From contig OZ243961.1 of the NCBI GenBank assembly GCA_965214605.1, positions 128,001 to 192,000 of the forward strand: a stretch of DNA of 64,000 nucleotides, given 5' to 3'. The DNA is from an uncultured Candidatus Binatia bacterium. GTDB lineage: Bacteria > Desulfobacterota > Binatia > Bin18. Every line of letters begins with the position of its first letter. Positions within the stretch are counted from its first letter, which is position 1. This document shows positions 32,714-43,561 of this stretch, one piece after another. Made by a program: the position numbers and the translations under genes. The notes under the pieces are model-generated. The model did not search any database, was not told the DNA's origin, and saw only the letters and a list, made by a program, of their open reading frames with translations.

Positions 32714-33901
32714 ATGAACGGTTATACCATTATCGACGTTGATACCCATGTCACGGAACTGCCCGATCTGTGGACAAGCCGGGTACCCGAGCGGATGAAG
32801 GACGCTGTGCCCCGTGTGGACACCGATGCTAAAGGCCGGCTGTGGTGGTTCATCGGTGACCGACGTATTGCCAATCCGGGTTTGACCGCAACGGCTGGGG
32901 TAGGCGACATGATGAGTTGGCCTAGAAGCTACGAAGAGATGCACCCCGGGGCCTACGACGCCAAGGAACGCCTGAAATACATGGATAAAATGGGCATTTG
33001 GGCGATGGTCATGTATCCCAACGTTGGCGGGTTTGGCAGCCAGGAGTTTCTGAGACTCGAAGATGCCGAGCTGAAACTTACCTGTGTGAAAGCCTACAAT
33101 GACTGGCAGACCGAGTGGGCTTCGGCCGATTCGCGTCGCCTGCTGCCAATTACCTCGACCCCGTTCTGGGATGTGACCGAGGCGGTCAAAGAAGTGCGTC
33201 GCTGTGCCGCTATGGGACACAAGGGTATTCTGTTCACTGGCGAGCCACAATCCCTGGGCCAGCCCTTGTTAGGTGACGAGCACTGGAATCCGCTGTGGGA
33301 AGTTGCCGTTGAGCTTGATTTGCCGATTAGTTTTCACATCGGATCCGGTAATATGGACGGGGGGCTGCGCCGCGATAAAGTTGCCAAGTATGGAAAAATG
33401 ACTGCCTTTGCCGAGCTGTCGGTCGATATTTTTATGCGTAACGGCATCCAGCTCAGCGACTTGCTCGTCTCCGGGGTACTGCCACGCTATCCGGACATTA
33501 AGTTTGTCTCGGTCGAGAGTGGTATCGGCTGGATTCCGTTTGCCCTTGAGGCGCTCGATTATCAGTTCCTGGGTAATCGTGTGCCGGAAGAACGGCCCGA
33601 TCTTGACATGTTGCCCTCCGAGTATTTTGCCCGTAACATCTACGCCTGTTACTGGTTCGAGCAAATTGCGCCCCGGCGCCTGATCGATAAGGTTGGGGCT
33701 GACAAGATCCTGTTTGAGACCGACTTTCCGCATCCGACCTCGCTGTACGGAGATGAGGTCCATGATCGGATCAAACACGGTCTTGATGACTGTGACGAAG
33801 CAATCCGCCGCAAGATCCTGTGGGACAACGGACAAAAACTCTACAAGGTTGAAGAGCCGACGGCCGACGATGAGGCCAAACGCGCGGCTGCTGTGGCCTA
33901 A
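32714..33901 (+). CDS. Amidohydrolase_2-family protein
   Basis: IDVDTHVTE, VMYPNV, AYNDW, FHIGSG, VESGIGW, FETDFPHP; AGGAGG RBS. Confidence 0.93.
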   Translation: MNGYTIIDVDTHVTELPDLWTSRVPERMKDAVPRVDTDAKGRLWWFIGDRRIANPGLTATAGVGDMMSWPRSYEEMHPGAYDAKERLKYMDKMGIWAMVMYPNVGGFGSQEFLRLEDAELKLTCVKAYNDWQTEWASADSRRLLPITSTPFWDVTEAVKEVRRCAAMGHKGILFTGEPQSLGQPLLGDEHWNPLWEVAVELDLPISFHIGSGNMDGGLRRDKVAKYGKMTAFAELSVDIFMRNGIQLSDLLVSGVLPRYPDIKFVSVESGIGWIPFALEALDYQFLGNRVPEERPDLDMLPSEYFARNIYACYWFEQIAPRRLIDKVGADKILFETDFPHPTSLYGDEVHDRIKHGLDDCDEAIRRKILWDNGQKLYKVEEPTADDEAKRAAAVA

Positions 33902-35539
33902 GCCCAGAAATGATCGCCCGAGTGCGCGGGCTGACACGAACAAGCATTGCAACGCCCGCGTGCACAAAGCGAGCATCAGATAATCACTGGATGGGCTCAG
34001 GTTAGAGGGGGACTGAACAAACACCACCTGTCCCGGTCCGGGTTCCGTAAAATCGGGGACGAAGGGAATTGCTCTCAGGAGCAAACTTTGCGGAAAGCTC
34101 AATCAACCGAGAAATAACGGAAGGAGACGCAAGGGAGTCTCGCAGGATGACGCAGACTATGAGCGGCTGCTACACATAATTAAAGATACCACTAAGCAAG
34201 ACCCGGCTTGGGCTACTTCTCTTACTGCACTGCCTTCATCACGGCTTTGGAGGAGGCGGCCCCCTTGGTGCGCCAATGCCCTAGTCGAGCGCTGATATGC
34301 CTACCTTGTCTTGCATCCCTGCGTTTATCCTCGCCTAGCATCCGAACAGCGGCAGCGTCTCCGATCGTGGCAGATCCCATTACGGGGTTTCGCCCGGTGG
34401 AGAACCTACGTTGACATAGGCCCCTTTGGTCAGGCACCGCTAAACGCTGGAGAGACCTTAGTGGGCGACAAAGGGGAACACGGTTAAACTTGATGACTAG
34501 AATGCCAACGTAGCAGTGTCTCATTTGTCCTCCCTACGGACATCTTGCCGTAACACCGACCCCTTAGGCGTCCGACGCTGGCGACATTTGCCCATCTTGA
34601 TTGCTTTCTCCACATCATAGAGCAGGCCGATACCATGTCCGCTCCTGAGGTTGCGGGTGCCGTAGGGGTCGACTGCAAGCAGTAAGGCAAGGAGCGGGGA
34701 CGCATGGCATATCTCCTATGGGAAGGAAGGCCGATCTTCCAAGACCTCCCCGATCCAATCAAATCTTGGCACTGCTGACGATAACGACGTGTAGCTCACA
34801 TTCCTGATCGTCGATTTTGCTGTTCAAACGAAAAAAACCACCAAAAACGAAAAGAGTGTGAAACGCGCAGACCTCCCGTCCATATCCGGCACTCCTCAAG
34901 AACTGGCCAGAACAGTCTTTTGGATTCATGGTCGGACCGGAAACGTCCCGCTGTAAAGACAAAGGTCTCACACTAACGAGGCACCTCTAAAGTTATTGCT
35001 ATAGTTCGGCGTATCTCTCGTCGATTGTCCAGAGAGTCCGACAGGCTTACGCTTGAGTACGCCTGGTCACGAAAATAGTGGGAAAACCGCTAGGTTCCGA
35101 CCAAATCCGCATCTCCTCGTTTCGTGTTTGTCTTCCCGCCTTCGATACCCTTGACCCGGGACAATGGAGCCGCCCTCGCCGACGGCGCCCGCTGGAAAAT
35201 GGAAAACACAACCCGCCACGTCCTCAAGCTGCCTAGCGACCACCGGGCAGCCAATGTCGGCCCTGGTCAGGCCTCCCTCGCCCGCGGGCTCGGCGGCCTC
35301 ACCCGCCTCACCTCGGCCCTCCAGCGCGCCCACGCGCGGAAGGGGAGGCCGAGGAGCGGCAGCGAGCGCGCCGTGGCGACCGGGGAGAACCGGGCCGCGG
35401 CGAACGGCGAAGCCACCAGGAAGAGGAACCAGAGCACGAGGTAGGGGGGGCGGCAAAGCCGAGCAGCCACCGCGTCCCGAGGCGGCTGCGAGGGCGGTCC
35501 GGCAGAGCAGGAGCCGGGAGAACACTGCGTTGGGAAACC

Positions 35540-35947
35540 GCGCACGTCATGGCCCGAGCGTTGGTTGGAGGTCCGTCTTCGATCCAGGATTGTGGCGGCA
35601 AGGGCTCATCGCCGGGCCGGCGGGCGCCGTCTTGATGGCGATACCTGCCTGCGCGGTCGCGCTGGTGCGCGACACCACCGGGCATGATTGGGTAGACCGC
35701 GGCCAAGCTCACGGTCGCCGACGTTATGATCGGCGCTGGCTTCGACGCGGACGGCGCCGTTGAAACCGTCACCCGCTCCAGGCTGCCCGACAGTTACAGG
35801 GTGCGGTGGGCGCGGGAGAACATCCGGGAGGCAGCATGGAAGGGCGTGACGCTTGGCGCGGTGTCCGGGTTCGGCGGCGCGCTGCTGTGTCTCGTGCTGG
35901 TCTGGAAGTTCATGGACGATCGCCAGCGCGGGCGTGCCGCATACTGA
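35540..35947 (+). pseudogene. Remnant resembling the membrane N-terminus of a conjugative coupling protein (TraD-like)
   Basis: Two hydrophobic segments flanking TTGHDW..AAKLTVADVMIGAGF, broken by a frameshift, in a very GC-rich patch next to a TA pair. Family call is tentative. Confidence 0.35.
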
Positions 35948-36516
35948 CGGTGCCCGGACAGCGATCCGAGGCTGGGGAGCGACTTGCGCCGACGCAGGAG
36001 AGGCCGATGTCCGCATCGACTCCATGCCACAGTCCTCGCCGCCATCGTCCGTGACCGCCATGCCGACCCATGTTCCAGCGGAAAGATTGGCAGTCTCCGA
36101 ACCTCCCCGCCCGTGAATCCGGAACTCACCATCGCGCGTAAAGGCGGGAGCGCCGCCGAAGAAATGCACCGGGAACGTGTCCGCCGTGTTGCCGGGTATC
36201 GCCATTGCTGCCGTCATGCTGCTGTCTCCATCTGCTGGTGGTCGGGAACGGCGGCAGTGCCTCTGTCCCAAGCGCCGCCCAGCTCCCGGCCGGACTCCGA
36301 CTCTCGGCGGCGCGGGACGTATCGGCCTGGGCAAGGCCGCAAGGGAGGCCACTGGCAGCCGCCGAAGACCTTTCGCCATACAGGGTGCCCGGTCGGCGCC
36401 CGCACCCGGATCGCTGCGATCCGGTCGAAATTCCGCAGCCCGGAAGTCGGTGGTGATCACGCGCTCACCAGATTCGCTCACCTGAAAACATAGAGCGGAT
36501 GCGCTATATGGTAGAG

Positions 36517-36838
36517 ATGGATTGGACGGTCGAAACCGTGTCGGCCGTCGACGCCGAAATCGCAGCCTTGCCCGTGGCGTTGCGCGCCCCGGCTGCTTAG
36601 GCTGCTTGAGACGGTGGAGAATGTCGGGCTGATCCTCCGTGCACCGCATGTCAGGCCTCTTGAAGGGAAGCTGTGGGAGCTTGCGGGTGCTGGCCGAGGG
36701 TGGCCTCGCGCGAGGGATCCACCTGACGGCGGCGGGCCGGCGGGTGGGGTGGTGCACGTCTTTGCGAAGAAGGCGCGCAAGACGCTGCGCCATGCGCTCG
36801 CAACCGCCTGAGAGCGGATGAGGTAGGTGACGCCATGA
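36517..36838 (+). pseudogene. RelE/ParE (Gp49-like) toxin, frameshifted
   Basis: MDWTVETVSAVDAEIAALP...PHVRPLEGKLWELR...HVFAKK spread over different frames, with internal stops. Confidence 0.82.
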
Positions 36839-37098
36839 CGAAGCTGAAAGACCTGAAGGCACGCTTTGAGGAATACGTGCGCGTCGACGAGGAGTATGCG
36901 CTCACTGAGGCGCTGGTCCGCGCCCGCGCGGCGGCGAAGCTGACGCAGGCGGAGCTTGTCCCGCGTCTTGGCACGACGCAGTCCGCAGTCGCGCGGCTGG
37001 AAGGCGGGCGGATGTCGCCGTCCTTCGCGACGCTTCGCCGCTACGCCGAAGCCACCGGCACGCGGCTGACCATGGGCCTTGTCCCGGCGGACGACTGA
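36835..37098 (+). CDS. XRE-family HTH antitoxin
   Basis: ARAAAKLTQAELVPRLGTTQSAVARLEGG...TLRRYAEATG. Confidence 0.85.
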   Translation: MTKLKDLKARFEEYVRVDEEYALTEALVRARAAAKLTQAELVPRLGTTQSAVARLEGGRMSPSFATLRRYAEATGTRLTMGLVPADD

Positions 37099-37244
37099 GG
37101 CGGGCGGGCGAGGTTGCCGACTGGGCCTAACGGCCTGGAGGCCCCAATGCCGCCGGTCGCAGCGCCGACCGGGCCTACGTGGGGATACGCGTGGCTTGGA
37201 ACGAATCCGCTTTCAGAATGATGACGGGATTTTCAGAGAACCAA

Positions 37245-38999
37245 TTATCCTATGTTGATGCATATCCACAGCAAGGTCATCATGCCAGCCAGTAAGAACT
37301 GGCCGTCAACAAAAATCTCCCCTGGAGCACCTTTGGGCAGTAAGCGCTGATGATACACCCAGCTGACCGCACAGCTATACGGAATCACGACAAATAAACA
37401 CGCGGCGAGGGGGAGGCCTTGCCAGGGGAGGGTCAGGACCAGCAGTAAGATACTCAGAGTTACCACTACTCCGACTAGCACGGCTTTGGTGCGACGCTTA
37501 CCCACAACCTTGAAGATCGTTTCCATCCCCATGATCTTATCGCCCTGCACATCGCGCACGCCAATCAGGGCGGCACGCAAAAACACCAGTAGAAAGACAA
37601 AGGCAAGCACGCCAGCGGCCCGCCAAATCGAACTAGTGCCGACCGTGATCAGCGGAACCACAGCGCAGGCGACCGTCCAACCCAGGGCGGCGGCCAGATC
37701 TTTGGAGGCCGGGAGGTCCTTGATACTACGGAGACCCATTATATGCCTCGCCCACGACAACGGGATGAGCTTCATGCCGTAGATTGCGCCTAAACCGCCG
37801 AAGATGGCCAGGGCCAAAAACTGTCCGAAACCCAGGGTGGCGGCCAGACCCAGGGCAGTAGTCAGGGAAATCGTCGCTACTCCCAACATCGCCTGCTGAA
37901 AGCGTTGAAAGGTACGCGGCGAGAAGCTGCCCCAGCCGCTGTAGTGCGAGCGTTCTTGGTAGCGGTTGACTGTATGCATGGCCAGGATGAAAAAGCCGGC
38001 CGTTGACATCAGCGGGATGAGGATGTTGCGGGACAGGTGTGGAATGAACAACAGACTGGCCGCTAGGGCGAGACAGGCAGCGCCTAGACCAACATATACA
38101 TTGCTGGCGACCAGGACACCCATCAGGTGTTTGAGCCAGGTGTTGAGCCGGTTGACCGGTTCTTGACTGAAGGACTCCAGTTTGTCGACCACCCGGTTGA
38201 TCATCCACTCGGGCGTTGATGCCCCGGCAGTGACGCCCACCGACTGATAGGGGCTGAAATCGTGGTCTTGGAGTTCAGCATCGGTCTCAATGTGTAGAAC
38301 TTGGGGGCCTTCTTTGGCAGCTAAATCGGCCAGACGGCAGGTGTTGGCGCTGTGATGACCGCCGACAACAACCATGAGATCGACCTGGCGGGCCAGCTCA
38401 ATCGTCTCGCTCTGGTGATCCCGAGTAGGTTCACACACCGTGTTCGCCGCCCGGATAACCGTGGCTTTAGGTTTGATGGCCTCGACCGTGCGGGCAAATG
38501 TATCGTCGTTCTGAGTTGTCTGAGAGACCACACACACCCGCTCAAACTCGGGCAGCTGGGCAGCTTGATGTTCATCGGTAACAACAAAACAGCGGGTTGA
38601 GGCATAGCCCTTCAGACCTGTGACTTCGGCGTGGTGATCATCTCCAACAATAACGATGTCATACGCGTCGTTGCTGTACTTGGTGATGATCTTTTGCACT
38701 TTTCGTACTAACGGGCAGGTCGCATCGTACACATCTGCGCCACCGGCCCGGAGTTGTGTAAACGTCTCTGGACGAACCCCATGGGCTCGAACCAAGACTG
38801 TGCCGCCATGGATGTCGCCTGGCTGCTCAAAGGCGTGAATATTCTGCTCTGTGAGCTCTTCCATGACCTGGGCGTTGTGAATCAGCGGACCGAAGGTCTG
38901 GACTGGGCCATCGGTCTTTTTGGCCAGATCAAGCGCCTGATCTAAGGCTCGCCGTACCCCCCAACAAAATCCGGCTGTTTCGGCCACAAGAATTTTCAT
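37245..38999 (-). CDS. ispH: 4-hydroxy-3-methylbut-2-enyl diphosphate reductase fused to a UbiA-like membrane domain
   Basis: IspH 4Fe-4S Cys motifs GFCWGV, DATCPLV, NTVC; HSANT; TAGASTP. C-terminal ~290 aa multi-TM domain with RDVQGD. Confidence 0.93.
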   Translation of the reverse strand: MKILVAETAGFCWGVRRALDQALDLAKKTDGPVQTFGPLIHNAQVMEELTEQNIHAFEQPGDIHGGTVLVRAHGVRPETFTQLRAGGADVYDATCPLVRKVQKIITKYSNDAYDIVIVGDDHHAEVTGLKGYASTRCFVVTDEHQAAQLPEFERVCVVSQTTQNDDTFARTVEAIKPKATVIRAANTVCEPTRDHQSETIELARQVDLMVVVGGHHSANTCRLADLAAKEGPQVLHIETDAELQDHDFSPYQSVGVTAGASTPEWMINRVVDKLESFSQEPVNRLNTWLKHLMGVLVASNVYVGLGAACLALAASLLFIPHLSRNILIPLMSTAGFFILAMHTVNRYQERSHYSGWGSFSPRTFQRFQQAMLGVATISLTTALGLAATLGFGQFLALAIFGGLGAIYGMKLIPLSWARHIMGLRSIKDLPASKDLAAALGWTVACAVVPLITVGTSSIWRAAGVLAFVFLLVFLRAALIGVRDVQGDKIMGMETIFKVVGKRRTKAVLVGVVVTLSILLLVLTLPWQGLPLAACLFVVIPYSCAVSWVYHQRLLPKGAPGEIFVDGQFLLAGMMTLLWICINIG

Positions 39000-39151
39000 G
39001 GGCTGTCTATCCCCTTGTCTGCACCTTGTGAGGCGTATTATAGCAGTCGGATTTTTGGTCGCAAAATTGAGGGTGGTATTTGTGCGTGATGGGGGGATGG
39101 AAAACGGGCGAGCAACACCCTACAAGAGGAGGGGAGAGGGAGGAGGTCCAA

Positions 39152-39823
39152 ATGATCCATCTACTGTACTTTATCACCCGTAAGCCGTCGCTCAGGGAGG
39201 CTGAGTTCCACAGCTACTGGCGTGAGACACACGGTCCTATTGCGGCTAAAATTCCCCAGCTGGTGCGCTATGAACAGAGCCACCGTATTCCGTTTGCGGG
39301 CACGAATTCGGCCTACGACGGAGCGGCTGAAGTTTGGCTGGAGAACGAAGCCGCGTTTCACGCTCTGCGTGAAACGCCGGAATACGTGGACGGGGCCTTG
39401 GCCGACGAGTCCAATTTTATTGACAGAAACCGGGTCGAGTGGCTGGTGACCCAAGATCACGTCATTCTGGACGGCCCACAGACACCCCAGCTGACCAAGG
39501 GGATTTTTCAGCTCAGGCGCAAACCCGGCATGTCGCTGGCCGATTTTCGCCAATACTGGGTGGAAGTGCACGGGCCGATTGTGAAGCGGCTGCCTGGTCT
39601 ACGCCGCTATGTTCAGTGTCATACCGTTGATGCCGCCTACCAGTACGCCGAACCTCGGTGGGACGGCGTGGCCCAGCTGTGGTTGGACAGCCCTGAGGCC
39701 TATCAGGCGATGCTTGACTCCTCGGAGTTTCAAAACGAATCGTGGCCGGACGGGGGCAAGTTCCTCGACCTGGACTTAGTGACCAGCTTTGTCGCCCAAG
39801 AACATCAGGTCACGTGGGATTGA
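39152..39823 (+). CDS. Tandem EthD-domain protein
   Basis: Two repeats of RKP....F..YW...HGP.....P.L.RY.Q.H...DG.A..W. Confidence 0.9.
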   Translation: MIHLLYFITRKPSLREAEFHSYWRETHGPIAAKIPQLVRYEQSHRIPFAGTNSAYDGAAEVWLENEAAFHALRETPEYVDGALADESNFIDRNRVEWLVTQDHVILDGPQTPQLTKGIFQLRRKPGMSLADFRQYWVEVHGPIVKRLPGLRRYVQCHTVDAAYQYAEPRWDGVAQLWLDSPEAYQAMLDSSEFQNESWPDGGKFLDLDLVTSFVAQEHQVTWD

Positions 39824-41486
39824 GGTCGGCCTCGGCCTGTGCCTTGGCCCGCTTATACTCGCTACGCAGCTCCGATTGGAGTCGGCCCAGTCGGTAGGTA
39901 TTCCAGTCCAGGAATTTTGCGCTTGTGGCCAGCAGGGGGTGCACTTTCCCAATCTCGCGCCAGATATCCTGAACAATCAGCCGATAGTCTGGATGACCCT
40001 GGGGCATGGTTCGTAGCTCGCCGATATGCACGGCTTCGCGCAGGTTCATCTTCATGGTCCAGCGGATACGGTAGGCAAACGGCACGACGTACTGGGCCTG
40101 GAAGGGCAGCTCAGGGTAGATCTGCTCGTACAGTTCAGCCGCGTGGTCCATACTGCGCACAAAGTCGGCCTTGAAGCCAGCTTCCTCTATCTCTTGGGGA
40201 ATGTCGTAACCGTGGACGGTGGTAAAATCTTGGCGTTCTTGGGTCAGGATACGGTGACGGTGGAGGTCCCGATACAGCCCGAGGTTGGCGATAATATCAA
40301 AGGTGTAATACGCCTGCTCTAAGGCACGGCCGGGTTTCTCACGCCGATGGCGGCGACGACGGATGTACTCGTCGAAGAGCCCGGCGCGCTGCTCTGAAGA
40401 CAGGCTTTTGACCACGCCGCGCACCTGGCTCAAAGGGTGACGAAGGTGGGGGTAGAGGATGGCGGCCAAGACTTTATCTTCGGCGTCGACATCATAATCA
40501 AGCAGCTGAACCGACCGGTTGGCTTCGACCGGCGTGGCGGCAAAGAGACGGGCGGCGACCGCATGAACCGCGGCAGAGGTGTCGGCCAAATAGGGATTTT
40601 TTTGGGCACGTTTGACAAACGAGGGGATCAACTCGTTCAGTGCACAGTGCATGGCCCGGGCGATGGTACGGCCCTCCTCAAGCGGCTGCGAGTACAGTTT
40701 GTTGAGCAGATGTTCAAAGGCTTGACCAATACCAAAGAGGCCGACATTGGTCAGCGTGGCCGCCGGAAGGTATTGACGCAACACATCGCAGGCTTGGGCG
40801 CGTACGGTTGAACGGTAGGCCCCCTCGGCCCAGCGTCGCAGCCTGGCGTCGGATGCGGTATCTTGATAGGTGAGCGCTTCGCCGCTCTGCGGATGTGTCC
40901 ACTCCACGGTTTCGATTGGCAGGCTGCGTCGCATAAAGGCGATCATTGGCTCCATTTGATCCGCATAGGTCTGGAACAAGCGGCGGATGCCCGTGAGATA
41001 GGCATCCTGATGCGATGAGGCCATGATGGCCACTTCTTTGGCAAACAGAAAATCGCCGGTGTGATCGGTCGTATCAAAACGGACGTAGCGGGTCGATTTT
41101 TCCAGCGGCGCGATTCCGATACGGGCGTCTTCGAGCAGCTTGGCGGCGACGTTTGAGACGTTCTCGCAGGCAAGGTGGGCAGCACCGAGCTGGGCAACCG
41201 AGTCGTCGCCATAGCCGATCAACACCCGCTCATAAAACGCCCTGGCTTTTTTGACCGCGTCGGTCCGATCATCGTGGCCGCCGGGGAGCATGCCGAACGG
41301 CCAATCGGCATTGCCCAGAAATTCGTCTAAGAAAATTTTGCGTAGGCTTTTGGACGAACGGCTGTAGCGTGAGAATAAAGCCCCGGCGACTTCTTGGGGT
41401 AATTTCAGGCCAAAAATCGGCTCGCTGAGATTGGTAAAAAAAGGAGCTAGACGGTCTTGCTCGGTGACGGAGAGGGCGTTGCGCAT
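39810..41486 (-). CDS. thyX: FAD-dependent thymidylate synthase, tandem-domain type
   Basis: RYSRS, GYGDDSVAQL, EKSTRY, YRDLHRHR, ELRTMPQGHPDYR; about twice the single Thy1 length. Confidence 0.88.
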   Translation of the reverse strand: MRNALSVTEQDRLAPFFTNLSEPIFGLKLPQEVAGALFSRYSRSSKSLRKIFLDEFLGNADWPFGMLPGGHDDRTDAVKKARAFYERVLIGYGDDSVAQLGAAHLACENVSNVAAKLLEDARIGIAPLEKSTRYVRFDTTDHTGDFLFAKEVAIMASSHQDAYLTGIRRLFQTYADQMEPMIAFMRRSLPIETVEWTHPQSGEALTYQDTASDARLRRWAEGAYRSTVRAQACDVLRQYLPAATLTNVGLFGIGQAFEHLLNKLYSQPLEEGRTIARAMHCALNELIPSFVKRAQKNPYLADTSAAVHAVAARLFAATPVEANRSVQLLDYDVDAEDKVLAAILYPHLRHPLSQVRGVVKSLSSEQRAGLFDEYIRRRRHRREKPGRALEQAYYTFDIIANLGLYRDLHRHRILTQERQDFTTVHGYDIPQEIEEAGFKADFVRSMDHAAELYEQIYPELPFQAQYVVPFAYRIRWTMKMNLREAVHIGELRTMPQGHPDYRLIVQDIWREIGKVHPLLATSAKFLDWNTYRLGRLQSELRSEYKRAKAQAEADLNPT

Positions 41487-41989
41487 CACTCCAGCTCAAC
41501 CAATAACTCACCCGCCTCGACAGCTTGACCTGTGGCGACGAGGATCGCTTTGACCGTACCGGCCGTCGACGCCTGGACCTCGTTTTCCATTTTCATGGCT
41601 TCAACGATGAGGATGCCCTGGTCTTTTTCAACCGTATCGCCGACGGCAACCAAAACCTCAACGACCTTTCCCGGCATAAGCGAGCGGATCTCACTCTCGC
41701 CCACCCCGGTGCTAGTGCTTTCCCCAGGGCGCAGGGCACGCCGCTCGTCAAGCAGCCTGAACCGAAACGTCTTGCCCTCACACGACACCGTGTACTGATC
41801 GTCTTTTTCGGTCACGTCGATGGTAAACGATTGATCCTCAACCAGCAGCGAGTACATATGGGCCGACAGCTGACGGCCGTCAACGATCCGTTCTTTCCCA
41901 TCTATGACAATCCGGTACACATGGTCGGCTTCCAGCTCCTGGACCTCAATCGTATGTGTCTGGTCATCAAGGGTTGCAATATACGCCAT
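41486..41989 (-). CDS. Biotin carboxyl carrier protein (with N-terminal BT-like domain)
   Basis: MPGKV...EAMKMENE biotinylation motif. Confidence 0.94.
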   Translation of the reverse strand: MAYIATLDDQTHTIEVQELEADHVYRIVIDGKERIVDGRQLSAHMYSLLVEDQSFTIDVTEKDDQYTVSCEGKTFRFRLLDERRALRPGESTSTGVGESEIRSLMPGKVVEVLVAVGDTVEKDQGILIVEAMKMENEVQASTAGTVKAILVATGQAVEAGELLVELE

Positions 41990-42036
41990 AGCCAGTCCGT
42001 GTCGGGAGAGGGGGGGCCTCTATCCGCCCAAATGTT

Positions 42037-43542
42037 TTACCGTAAAGCCTCACGCCAGCTCGTCGAACGCCAGGCCGACATCTGACTCCCCTTGCTGTCG
42101 GTGTCGGGCACGCTGCGCTGAACGGTCTGGTCCTTATGATAAGCGGCCAGCGCCGCGGCCGACAGCAGGACTTCCTGATGCAGCGCGTCTTCTTCAAAGG
42201 CCAGGCCGTGGTATTCCTGGGGAATAAAGCCGGTGTCCAGATCGCCCCGGACAAAACGGGGATGCTGGAGCGCCCAACGATGAAACGGAATATTGGTAAT
42301 AATGCCCTCGACAGTATATTCTTGCAGGGCGCGGAGCATGCGCTGAATGGCCTCCTGACGAGTGCTGCCGTGGGTACAGAGCTTGGAGATCATCGGATCG
42401 TAAAAGATCGGCACCTCCCAGCCCTCATAGACACCGCTGTCATCGCGAATGCCGCTCCCGCCCGGCGTCCGTAAGACCTCAATTTTGCCCGGTGAGGGAA
42501 AGAAGTCGCGGGCTGGATCTTCAGCATAAATACGGCACTCGATTGCCCAGCCGTGCTGCCTGATATCTGCTTGCTGCAGGGCGAGACGTTCTCCAGCAGC
42601 GATCTCAATCTGGGCTTTGACCAGATCCACGCCGGTCACTAACTCGGTGACCGGATGCTCGACCTGGATACGCGTGTTCATTTCAAGAAAATAAAAATTC
42701 TGCTGCGCATCAACCAAAAACTCAACCGTGCCAGCCCCGACATAATTGACCGCTTTGGCCGCCTCAACCGCAACCCGACCCATGTGTTCTCGTACCTCGG
42801 TGTTGATCGCGGTCGAGGGCGCTTCTTCAATAACTTTCTGGTGGCGACGTTGCAGCGAGCACTCCCTTTCGTACAGGTGGAGGGTGTGACCATAGTTATC
42901 GGCCAAGACCTGAACCTCAACGTGACGCGGCTTATCGACAAACTTTTCCATATACATGCGGTCATCGCCAAATGAAGACTTGGCTTCGGAACGCACGCCG
43001 CGCAGGGCAGACACGACCTCGTCTTCGGAGCTGACTAGCCGCATGCCTTTCCCACCACCGCCGGCCGAGGCCTTGAACATGACCGGGAAGCCGATGTCTC
43101 GCGCGGCAGCAACGACCTCGTCCTCATCGCCGAGCACATCGGTGCCGGGAACGACCGGGACCTTGGCCTGCTGCATAATGCTACGGGCGGTGACCTTGTC
43201 ACCCATTTGTTCAATCGCTTCAGGACCGGGGCCGATAAAGGTGATATCGGCCTTCTGACACGCGCGGGCAAACGTGGCCCGTTCGGACAGAAAGCCATAG
43301 CCTGGGTGGATAGCCTCGACCCCGCTCTTTTTAGCGACCTCGATAATCTTGTCGATGACCAGATAACTCTCAGCGGACGGTGAGGGACCAATCGGGTAGG
43401 CATAGTCGGCGTATTGGACGTGCAGTGCGGTGCGGTCGGCTTCGGAATACACCGCGACCGTTTCCACACCGAGCTCACGACAGGCGCGAATTACCCGGAC
43501 GGCGATCTCGCCTCGATTGGCAATGAGAATACGTTTGAACAT
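42037..43542 (-). CDS. accC: Biotin carboxylase subunit of acyl-CoA carboxylase
   Basis: LIANRGEIA, HPGYGFLSE, GGGGKGMR, QRRHQK, EMNTRIQVEH, YDPMISK. Confidence 0.95.
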   Translation of the reverse strand: MFKRILIANRGEIAVRVIRACRELGVETVAVYSEADRTALHVQYADYAYPIGPSPSAESYLVIDKIIEVAKKSGVEAIHPGYGFLSERATFARACQKADITFIGPGPEAIEQMGDKVTARSIMQQAKVPVVPGTDVLGDEDEVVAAARDIGFPVMFKASAGGGGKGMRLVSSEDEVVSALRGVRSEAKSSFGDDRMYMEKFVDKPRHVEVQVLADNYGHTLHLYERECSLQRRHQKVIEEAPSTAINTEVREHMGRVAVEAAKAVNYVGAGTVEFLVDAQQNFYFLEMNTRIQVEHPVTELVTGVDLVKAQIEIAAGERLALQQADIRQHGWAIECRIYAEDPARDFFPSPGKIEVLRTPGGSGIRDDSGVYEGWEVPIFYDPMISKLCTHGSTRQEAIQRMLRALQEYTVEGIITNIPFHRWALQHPRFVRGDLDTGFIPQEYHGLAFEEDALHQEVLLSAAALAAYHKDQTVQRSVPDTDSKGSQMSAWRSTSWREALR

Positions 43543-43561
43543 GCTTCTTTCCCCCACTCTT

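Noticed and set aside
35606-36862. 418-aa minus-strand ORF
   Set aside because: Arg/Pro/Ala-rich GC artefact overlapping plus-strand remnants.
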